NCBI RefSeq assembly: GCF_006345805.1 | Contig: NW_021827743.1 | Location: forward strand, 1-9,987 | From: Octopus sinensis | Taxonomy: Eukaryota | Reading direction: 5' to 3' | Length of the DNA stretch: 9,987 bases | Notes under the pieces: model-generated | What the model saw: the letters and a program-made list of their open reading frames with translations, nothing else | What the model was told of the DNA's origin: nothing | Database searches by the model: none | In this document: positions 1 to 7,587 of the stretch, in pieces | Layout of the letters: each line of letters opens with the position of its first letter | Numbering within the stretch: position 1 is the stretch's first letter | Translations under genes and position numbers: made by a program

Positions 1-115
1 TGAAATTTGAATTGATGACTAAAAAGCCACGAATGTTCCGTCCGGGTTTTACTGTCCGTCTTTGTATCGTCCATCTGTCTGTATGCGTTTTATTGTCGTC
101 CGTTCCGTTCTTGCT

Positions 116-119
<4 letters not shown>

Positions 120-159
<40 letters not shown>

Positions 160-192
160 ATATATAATATATAATATATATAATATATATAT

Positions 193-221
<29 letters not shown>
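120..221. repeat. (TA)n microsatellite with TAA interruptions
   Basis: Directly visible dinucleotide run. Confidence 0.97.
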
Positions 222-223
<2 letters not shown>

Positions 224-441
224 GATGCGTATGTCTTTTGGTTGTCCCCACAAACGCTTGACACTTGGTATTGCTTTGTCCACGTCACCATAACTTAACG
301 GTTCGACAAAAGAATCAATAGAATAAGTAGCAGCCTTTTTAACAAGAGAAAAATACTGGTGTCGATTCGTTCGCCTAAAACCCTTGAAGGCAGTGCTCCA
401 GCGTGGCTGAACACCAATGTCTGAATCATGTAAAAAGATAA
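222..441 (+). mobile_element. SINE family A, 3' half only (diverged, tRNA head missing)
   Basis: Aligns by eye to the reverse complement of 2021-2215. Examples: cggttcgacaaaagaatcaatagaataagta vs cggttcggcaaaagagaccgatagaataagta, and gaaggcagtgctccagcgtggc vs aaaggcggtgctccagcatggc. Confidence 0.85.
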
Positions 442-479
442 CTGACAGCAGAGAAGAATATACAAAGAAATCGAGATAG

Positions 480-518
480 GAAATTAAATATTATGAAATT
501 AAATACAAGGAAATTAAA
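480..518. repeat. Short 15-bp tandem repeat (gaaattaaa core, about 2.6 units)
   Basis: gaaattaaatattat / gaaattaaatacaag / gaaattaaa start at 480, 495 and 510. Confidence 0.6.
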
Positions 519-788
519 CCTATTTCCTTTGTCTATTTCTTATACTGGCTTAATAGGAAAACGCCAAAAGATTTATGGTTAGGCTGCGATCGTTCTAACT
601 TCATTGTAATCTATAAAAAATTTCTTTCAGAAATCTATTAAAAAATGAATCTGTTGTAAGACATTATATTTTAGGATTTCCACATATTTCCGGACAGGAC
701 AGAATATACATTGTGTAATGATGTAATGAGAAAATATTATATCAAGGTTTCAATTTAAAAAGGGGAAAAAAAATCTGTGTCGATTGGT

Positions 789-1176
789 TGTTTCAATTTT
801 CAATTATTAAGACTGCGGCCTTGCTGGGGCATCGCCTTGAAGAATTATAGCTGAAAGAAACGAACCCAGTAGCTATTATGTTTTTAAGCCTTGTACTTAT
901 TGCATCGGTCTCTTTTGCCGAAGAGTGATGTTAAGGGGACATAAATTCACCAGCACCGGTTGTCAAGCGGTGGAAGGGGGACAAAGAGACATACACACAC
1001 ACACACACACACACATGTACACACATACACACATACTCACATAATATTTTATACACGTTTTGGTCAACTCTGGGCTATAGTAGAAGGCAATTGCCCTAAA
1101 TGTCACACTGTGGGACTGAACCTGAAACCATGTGGTTTGAAAGCGAACTTCTCACACCACAGCCACACCTGCGCCT
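789..1176 (-). mobile_element. tRNA-derived SINE family A, diverged copy with internal (CA)n and an internal deletion
   Basis: Colinear with 2015-2412 (gactgcggcc, atcggtctcttttgccgaa, gttgtcaagc, gggactgaacc, cacagccac.cctgcgcct). It lacks the ggcttcttttcagtttccgtctacc segment present in the 2015-2412 copy. Confidence 0.9.
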
Positions 1177-1221
1177 ACATATTTTGTTTATTAATATCTA
1201 TATTAATATTGACATCAATTG

Positions 1222-1430
1222 GGCGGCAAGGAGACACAAACCTTACAACACCGGGCGAAATGCTTAGATGGATTCCGTCCGCTTTCACGTTTTGAATTCA
1301 AATGTCAATGAGTTCAAATTTGCCCTTCATTTTTTCGGAGTTCGATGAAATAAGTACGAGTTGAGCACTGGAGCCCATGTAACCGACTTACCCCACCCCC
1401 TAAATTGCTGGCCTTGTGCCAAAATTTCAA
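1222..1430 (+). mobile_element. tRNA-derived SINE family B (octopus-type), diverged
   Basis: Head ggcggcaag...caccgggcgaaatgcttag, B-box-like gaattcaaat (1294-1303), body ttcgatgaaataagtacgagttgagcactgg, tail aaattgctggccttgtgccaaaattt. Matches a common octopus SINE as I recall it, not database-checked. Confidence 0.75.
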
Positions 1431-1443
1431 CTTAATAAAAGTC

Positions 1444-1620
1444 GAGGCGCGTTGCTTAGTGGTTAGGGTGTTGGAGTCATGATTGTAAGATGGTGATATC
1501 GATTCCTGGACCGGGCGACTCGTTGTATTCTTGAACAAAACCCGTCATTTCACGTTGCTCCAGTCCACTCAGCTGGCAAAGATGTGTCAGCCTGCGACGG
1601 ACTGGCATCTTGTCAAGGTA
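1444..1620 (+). mobile_element. tRNA-derived SINE family C, probably 3'-truncated
   Basis: A-box-like TTGCTTAGTGG (1452-1462), B-box remnant ATCGATTCC (1498-1506), then gaccgggcg and a CORE-like ttcttgaacaaaac stretch. The head is homologous to the SINE at 8719. Confidence 0.8.
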
Positions 1621-2014
1621 ACGAAGACATTTGAATAGTAACCACGAGTGTTATAGGTAGAACTATATACAAGTTCGACTCTGTGCGGACGTATTAGTAT
1701 ATAGTTCTGCATATTATATTATCCGGTAATCCAAATATAGTTCATAATATAAAATCAAATTATATTTTAAATTATAGAGTTGTCTATAAATGCTTATCAA
1801 TATAGGATTTCATTATAGGGACAACACTTCTGTAAAACGATCGTAATATGTTTTAAATATCTAATTCAAAACTTTTAAACTGTCATATACATTATATATT
1901 TATACTTATACATATTTACATATATTTTTATACATATTTATATATTTCTAATACAACAAATATTTTTCACACGTGTATGTCTTTCTGAGGAGTTTTCTGA
2001 TATTGATATCCTAA

Positions 2015-2412
2015 TACTCTTTACTCTTTTACTTGTTTCAGTCATTTGACTGCGGCCATGCTGGAGCACCGCCTTTAGTCGAGCAAATCGACACCGGGAC
2101 TTATTCTTTGTAGGCCCAGTACTTATTCTATCGGTCTCTTTTGCCGAACCGCTAAGTGACGGGGACGTAAACACACCAGCATCAGTTGTCAAGCAATGCT
2201 AGGGGAACAAACACACACATACACTTATATATATATATACATATATACGACAGGCTTCTTTTCAGTTTCCGTCTACCAAATCTACTCACAAGGCATTGGT
2301 CGGCCCGGGGTTATAGCAGAAGACACTTGCCCAAGATGCCACGCAGTGGGACTGAACCCGGAACCATGTGGCTGCTTAGCAAGCTACTTACCACACAGCC
2401 ACTCCTGCGCCT
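2015..2412 (-). mobile_element. tRNA-derived SINE family A, essentially full length, with internal CA/TA microsatellite
   Basis: Minus strand reads AGGCGCAGGAG, A box TGGCTGTGTGG (2401-2391), B box GGTTCAGTCCC (2358-2348), CORE-like cttgggcaagtgtctt, an internal repeat at about 2210-2248, and a short tandem tail (AAAAGAGT)-like at 2015-2031. Two more copies occur in this window. Confidence 0.93.
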
Positions 2413-2452
2413 ATAATATTAATAATAATATATTATTAAAAAAATATATTAT

Positions 2453-2464
2453 ACAGACACACCA

Positions 2465-2495
<31 letters not shown>

Positions 2496-2551
2496 ATATA
2501 AATAATATATATATATATATATATATATACATACATACATATTTACATACA
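2453..2551. repeat. Compound (CA)n-(TA)n-(CATA)n microsatellite
   Basis: Directly visible. Confidence 0.95.
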
Positions 2552-2561
2552 CATCTGTAAA

Positions 2562-3186
2562 TCACACGAGGCAGGATTCTTAATCTGAAAAAACTCAGTG
2601 TGGACCTCAGAAGGGTTGTATGCAAACACTCGAGAATTTCTGAGTGGACTTCTCATCCACAAACACGCGAGTTTTCCCTGCATCTTAATGCTTGATAAAT
2701 AGCAGAAGCTATGAGTATCTCTCTTGGGTGTTAGGAGGTGACGGCGTCGTCGAACGTAGTTAGTCATGCCAAGGTTATTGTTCACAGCTCTGGTCACTGC
2801 GGAAAGGAACACGTTGAATTTCTTTGCAAGAGTTGTCATGGTTGTGGATGCGTTGGCTTTAATTGAGCGTTTGCGACCAGCAAGAAAATTTGGATTGCGC
2901 ACGGAATCACTTCGAGTCTTGTGTTCTTTCAAATTGTTCATACACACGATAAACTGTTGCTTTTGGAAGTGTCGTCAACTTAACAATTTTAATGGCGGTG
3001 TGTGCACGACGTGCGCGAAAACAACAGTGGCGGAACGATTCTGGTGTTCCATGACTTTCTGTTGTGGAATCGGTTCACTATTTACCTCAAAAATAAAGAT
3101 TTTCAAGCAAGCTTTTGTCAAGAAATGAAATGTAAAACCCACTAAGTTAACACCTTAAAATTGGTCTCAATTTATCTGCAAGAACG
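2562..3186 (-). mobile_element. Tc1/mariner DNA transposon relic: left end, HTH region and first catalytic D, 3'-truncated and frameshifted (possibly DD37D/maT-like)
   Basis: Minus-strand frames give MEHQNRS (ATG at 3052), IVKLTTLPKATVYRV (HTH-like), TRSDSVRNPNFLAG.KRSIKAN..TTMTTLAKKFNV....VTRAVNNNLGMTNYVRRRRHLLT, DAGKTRVFVDEK (first D of the triad), RNSRVFAYNPSEV and KNPAS. A TIR-like GCAGATAAATTGAGACC ends next to a TA at 3187-3188. No second TIR or later catalytic residues are seen. Confidence 0.85.
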
Positions 3187-3193
3187 TAATATA

Positions 3194-3240
<47 letters not shown>
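3187..3240. repeat. (TA)n microsatellite
   Basis: Directly visible. Confidence 0.97.
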
Positions 3241-3243
<3 letters not shown>

Positions 3244-3324
3244 TAAATGAAAGAATGGAGTCGAACGAAGATGTTAACAAAATTCCTTTACTCTCGACAT
3301 ATGTATCGAAGACAACACCTATCT

Positions 3325-3327
<3 letters not shown>
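3241..3327 (-). mobile_element. Short repeat fragment between two (TA)n runs, with the 3' half of a degenerate hammerhead-like motif (probably PLE-derived)
   Basis: Minus strand reads cttc-GATAC-ATAT-GTC (3311-3296), which resembles GAAAC-palindromic loop-GUC with one substitution. The CUGANGA half is absent. Confidence 0.4.

Positions 3328-3363
<36 letters not shown>
3328..3363. repeat. (TA)n microsatellite
   Basis: Directly visible. Confidence 0.97.
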
Positions 3364-3364
<1 letters not shown>

Positions 3365-3370
<6 letters not shown>

Positions 3371-3481
3371 GAGGGTGTCTAAAAGACACCAACATGCCGA
3401 AATAGCAGTCGAAACACTGACTATAGTCCCACGTTAATGTTCATATCGCACCATGAGGTAAGCGGAGGGACAAAACATACA
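3365..3481 (+). repeat. About 117-bp direct repeat, copy 1
   Basis: Near-identical to 3842-3958 (offset 477). They differ by three small indels and one substitution. Confidence 0.95.
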
Positions 3482-3841
3482 AGCAAAAATTATTGAATAA
3501 TTCAAGATCCAAGATTTCTGGTTCTGCTTTAGATAAGCTTTACCGTCATCAATTGAATATATCAAGGGTACATAAATACAGATATATATATGCACAGCAA
3601 ACGATATACTTACATATACGAGCGTCGTACATACATACATATGCACGTATGGACACAGCCAGTTTGAATCGCCCGCCAAATCGCCGCATAAGTACGATAT
3701 GGTTAAAATAAGCACCGCAGTGAATATAATAACGAATTATATAAATTTATATATGAGGATAATATCGATATTTAAGTGTCGAAATTATCAAGTGCCAGCA
3801 TGAAAGAAATACCTTACAAAGGTAAAAAATTTTTTAACAAT

Positions 3842-3958
3842 AAAAATGAGGGTGTCTAAAAGACACACATGCCGAAATAGCAGTCGAAACACTGACTATA
3901 GTACCACGTTAAATGTTCATATCGCACCATGAGGTAAAGCGGAGGGACAAAACATACA
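3842..3958 (+). repeat. About 117-bp direct repeat, copy 2
   Basis: Near-identical to 3365-3481. Confidence 0.95.
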
Positions 3959-3965
3959 TACATAC

Positions 3966-3996
<31 letters not shown>

Positions 3997-4075
3997 TGTA
4001 TGTATGTATGTATGTATGTATGTGTGTGTGTATGTATGTATGTATGTATGTATGTATGTATGTATGTATGTATGT
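3952..4075. repeat. (CATA)n switching to (TATG)n tetranucleotide array with a (TG)n insert
   Basis: Directly visible. Polarity flips at catatg (3965-3970). Confidence 0.97.
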
Positions 4076-4244
4076 ACGAATAAATATACACTGAGCGAAA
4101 AATCCCGTTGTTGTCTCTGCCAAATGCACTCTCTGTCTTTTGCGGGTTCTCCGGTCACTTGGTCATTCTCAGATTCACACAATTACTGCAGCGGTTCTCC
4201 AGCTTTTCGAAGTCTTGTAAAAAAAATTCGGAAGTTTAGGCCTT

Positions 4245-4470
4245 CAACCAAGCCTTCCGTGATGCCCTTAAATCCAAGTACTTTTCAGCACCACCTCGTA
4301 GAACTATACGCTACAAATTTTTCTAGGAATCTCTAAATTTGCCAGAAGCAAACCGGTTCTATATTAGCGAGCATGCTAATAGGTGTAGTATTTTGCAAAT
4401 AAGGAAATTTTCGTTTCTTTTATGTGTGCATAAAATTTTATTTAAATTTGCATTAAATCACTTCTAAGCA
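4245..4470 (+). pseudogene. Possible C-terminal remnant of a Penelope-type GIY-YIG endonuclease
   Basis: Mixed-frame peptides QAFRD, NPSTFQHHLVEL, TNFS...I.QK and RCSIC-NKEIF resemble the PLE endonuclease tail (H..SFR...NST.LS.HLWEL...I.W.I.......C.LC..EK). It is heavily decayed and needs several frameshifts. Confidence 0.4.
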
Positions 4471-4629
4471 AGGAGAACCTTTTGTGAACTTTAAGAATAA
4501 CAGATGAATAGAGAAGAATGAAAACTCGGTACAATTTTGCTCGGAAAGTAGTCATTTCAACACTGAAGTATTTTAATAAATTTAACCCTAAGCCTTATAT
4601 AATATTTTAATGGACGCCTAATGTAACCT

Positions 4630-5305
4630 ACAGAAGAGCTAGCGAAGATAATGCGCTGGAAGGCGTTGTTCTTTTTCGCATGAATTTTTATGAAAAACGA
4701 GAATAAAGAGAAACTAAGTTGGATCTCGGGGCAGAAAATTTTCGAAAATTTTCGAAAAGAAATAAACAATTTCAAAAAGAGAACTTCAAAATGACGAGGA
4801 ATATACAATTCCAAAAAGAAGAGAAACAATACCTTCCGGGAGAAAACGTTGCATAATCTAAGGAATATCTCAGAATACAACAATATATTGTCGTAGGCAG
4901 ATGAAAAGAAACAAATTTGAAATGAACTATAACTTTTATAATAATCTGCTAACCAAGGGCTTTAAATTATTATAGAAACTACGGCTATTAAAAATAAACA
5001 TAGCCTCCAGTTTTAGGATGTACGTAGGAATAGAGGTTTAGCATTGAAAAATATTACATTATTCTTAAGGATCATAAATCGTACTTTATGAACGATCTCA
5101 TTATTTTATTGATAAATCAAGTAGAGAGAAAATTAGTAGGGTGAATGAGTGAAGACAACAGAATCAACAATATCTTATTTTAAGGATAACGTTTCGGATT
5201 AATATTGTAGCAGTAATGAGCTGACTTGGAATCAGCTATGATAAATATAAATGAATTTTCTTCTCAATCGGATACCATTGATTACTGTCTATTCAGGACT
5301 GAGCC
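4630..5305 (+). mobile_element. Penelope-like retroelement, decayed N-terminal part of the reverse transcriptase
   Basis: Ordered motifs across frameshifts and stops: TEELAKIMRWKALFF (4630-4674), ADxxRNKFEMN..FYNNLL (from 4897), NIASSF, YIILKDHKSYFMN...LIN, RINNI, NIVAVMS*L...DKYK*IFF, then QSDTIDYCLF.TE (5265-5303). These parallel the PLE RT series MRWKAFFF, ADKT.N.YEM, FITLKDHK.NF...RLIN and QFDI.DFYPSITE. Confidence 0.75.
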
Positions 5306-5307
5306 TT

Positions 5308-5823
5308 AAGAGGAAGGGAGGGATAAGTGTTGAAGATTGCGTGCGTATCGAAGTCGAGAGCTTAATGAGATTCCAAAACCAGAGTAAGGAAACCTTGCTG
5401 GTGACCGTTAAGAACGAGGGAATATTGACAGCAGAGAAAAAGAGAAAACAATGTACAAAAAGGGCATGAAAAAGAATAACGTAACAATTCCCTGTAGCCA
5501 CAACGGGAAGTTGCCTCCTCCCCCAAAATAGGTGGGATTGGCTGATGAAAGGAACCCTAAAAAAGGGACAGAGAGAACTATACTGGCAGCATAAGACCAA
5601 GCTTTAGCCACGAAGTGGAAGATCAATCTTAGAAATGAGCAAATGTCTCCGCTGTGCTACATCTAAAACAGAGTGGATGAAATCATTGATCATATCACGA
5701 ACAAATGCCCTAGACTAGCTCAAAACCATTACAAGTTGTGGTGACACGACCAATTAGCGAATGTGCTACATTGGAAACTGTGTGAAAATGTGTGTGGGGG
5801 GGTAGAGAGAGACAAGACGTAGT
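5308..5823 (+). mobile_element. R4/Dong-clade (RLE-type) non-LTR retrotransposon, 5'-truncated, segment 1: post-RT linker and CCHC knuckle
   Basis: KGGISVEDCVRIEVESL...SKETLL.TVKNEGIL, WDWLMKGTLKK, TERTILAA*DQALATKW, SPLCYI*NRVDEIIDHITNKCPRLAQNHYK..*HDQLANVLHWKLCE..G.ERDKT*. The C-x2-C-x8-H-x4-C knuckle has its second Cys mutated to a stop. Multiple stops and frameshifts. Confidence 0.88.
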
Positions 5824-6647
5824 GTGCCCCAACCGCGCCAGCTTCATTACCCATCTTCTCTATGATGTAGCGCATGAGATGGAGGTTATCGTGGATAAGA
5901 CCTGGTCGGTACGGCGCAAGTCTGCGCCTTGCCAATCAGCTTGTCCACGACAAGCGCCAACCTCTTGGCTAGCACCTTGGCCAAAATCTTCAACTCTGCA
6001 TTGAGCAGAGTGATGGGCCTAAAGTTCCCTATTACGTCCCCCTTGTTTGAGCCCTTCCTCAGCAAAGCCACCATTCCTCGACTGCCAGTTGCAGTAGACG
6101 TTGGTCAAGAGGCCCGCAAACAAGTCTGGCATTGATGTGTAAAGCTCGTAAGGTAGACCGTCTAAACCCAGCGATCTACCTCTCGTGCCGCTTTTCATCG
6201 CTTCCTCTACTTCCTAGGCAGATTTCGGTCTTTCGCAGCAGTCCGCCTCGCTAGGGAGAGTTGCGGTAGGCCGTCCAGGTACACACTGAAGTCTGTCCCG
6301 TTGTCTGTCCCACCGTTTGTCCCGAACAGTCGAGCAAAATGCTGCTGAAAGAGCGCATATATCTGCTTCGGTTCGGAAACCTCGCGCCTATTCTGGTCTA
6401 CCAAAGACCGAATGGTTGCTTTATTGTCGCGCTTCGCCTCCGCCACGCGGGCCCATCGAGCGGCTTCAGTTCCCTCCCCGCTTACCGAACGTGCCTTAGC
6501 TCTCACAACGGAGCCTTCGTATTTGGCGTGAAAGTGTTGATCGAGGGCCAACTTGGCTGCCAACACGTCGGTTGCGATGGCTGCCACACGACACTCGTCT
6601 AGTTTTCTAACTAAATGCCGCTCTCTTTCCTTTTGTTCTACAGCTAG
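5824..6647 (-). mobile_element. Tx1/L1-clade LINE ORF2 internal fragment (EN-RT linker to early RT), truncated at both ends
   Basis: Minus strand gives LAVEQKERERHLVRKLDE...IATDVLAAKLALDQHFHAKYEG.VVRAK..., RSLGLDGLPYELY (the SPGxDG motif), MVALLRK..NKGDVIGNFRPITLLNAELKILAKVLAKRL..VVDKLIG.AQTCAVP and IHDNLHLMRYII..GNEAG, and stops just before the LDQxKAFDRV motif. It has frameshifts, one stop and a small deletion. Confidence 0.93.
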
Positions 6648-7066
6648 ATTTGCTGATCGAAAAGGAAAATATGTAGCGTCTGAAAACGGTTACAATACCA
6701 GTGGTTGTAGAAGCACTTGGGATGATCAAAAAATGAAGTGAATGATCCCTTGCATATCATCCATGCTGGAAGTGCAAAAGATAGTCTAAACTGGTATGTC
6801 ACATGAGGAAGAACAATGTCACTGTGAACTTTCTTGCCTTCTTTGCTCATTAATTTCCTTGCTTCCATTTTTTCATTTTTATCTTTGTTTGGTTTTTCCT
6901 TTTCCTCTCTGTCTTTCTTCCTCTTCGCCTTCTATCACATAACTTTGTAAATGAAAAATCTGGTGCCTTTCTTTATTTTAATGGCCTAACAATGCATACA
7001 GTGAGTTTCTCTGCCCTAGGTGTTAGGAAGACGCTCAGCAAGAAATGGAAACACAATTGAAAGAGG
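6646..7066 (+). mobile_element. R4/Dong-clade LINE, segment 2: C-terminus of the RLE domain, stop codon and probable 3' UTR
   Basis: DLLIEKENM*RLKTVTIPVVVEALGMIKK (from 6647) and SMLEVQKIV*TGMSH/LRRTMSL* (TGA at 6825-6827) match the end of R4/Dong ORFs. The UTR assignment of 6828-7066 is inferred from its position before the (AAT)n tail. Confidence 0.8.
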
Positions 7067-7225
7067 ATAATAATAACAATAACAAAGATAATATAATAAT
7101 AATAATAACAACAACAACAACAATAATAACAATAACAACAACAACAACAACACCACCACCACCACCAACAACAACACCATAATAATAATAATAATAATAA
7201 TAATAATTATAATAATAATAATAAT
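7067..7225. repeat. Compound (AAT)n-(AAC)n-(ACC)n-(AAT)n trinucleotide array, likely the tail or target of the Dong element
   Basis: Directly visible. Dong elements are known to be associated with (TAA)n repeats. Confidence 0.9.
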
Positions 7226-7449
7226 CCCTAGTAATTACTGTCATTATCTGGAGATATTAATTAAACAGACATATAGAATTTAACGGCTTAGAGGACTGGT
7301 ACAGTAATGGATATGTTGATGTAAATAATTAGTAGTAATTACACATTTTTTTTCATTAGGAGCAGCAGACGAATAATAATTCATTACAGTAATAATGGTG
7401 ATATATGCACGTGTTCGTGTGTGCGCGTATGTAAATGCTTATGATAATG

Positions 7450-7536
7450 TATATTTATATTCACGCATACGTACGTACGTACATATATAAGCATATGTAA
7501 ATATATGTGTGTGTCTATTTGAGTGTATGTGTATAT

Positions 7537-7587
<51 letters not shown>

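Noticed and set aside
12-41. TTGATGA...GAAT...GTC resembling a hammerhead core
   Set aside because: Both core halves are mutated and there is no helix I or II pairing.
49-291. ORF with IYIY repeats, and similar ORFs at 960-1295, 2196-2501, 3856-4182, 3909-4129, 7035-7244, 7523-7959 and 8114-8308
   Set aside because: They are translations of microsatellites and SINE sequence that lack stops by composition. No protein signal.
621-661. tttctttcag acceptor followed by a gtaaga donor (25-nt micro-exon)
   Set aside because: Such motifs are common in AT-rich DNA and nothing else supports it.
2766-3128. 120-aa plus-strand ORF
   Set aside because: It is the antisense frame of the mariner transposase relic, with no recognisable motifs.
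4501-4553. CAGATGA...GGAAAGTAGTC as a hammerhead between the PLE endonuclease tail and RT start
   Set aside because: The position fits expectation, but the core is mutated and helices I and III do not pair convincingly.
4557-4883. 108-aa F/L-rich minus-strand ORF
   Set aside because: It is the antisense of the A-rich PLE RT relic.
5160-5300. Possible upstream extension of the Dong RT (ILRxxFGLI-like)
   Set aside because: The same bases fit the ordered PLE RT motifs better, ending in QSDTIDYCLF.TE.
5792-6602. Plus-strand ORFs 5792-6004, 5929-6135, 6317-6499 and 6339-6602
   Set aside because: They are antisense frames of the GC-richer Tx1 fragment.
7226-7330. Peptide FNGLEDWYSNGYVDV as a continuation of the PLE RT after the Dong tail
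   Set aside because: The similarity is too short and weak to support without an alignment.
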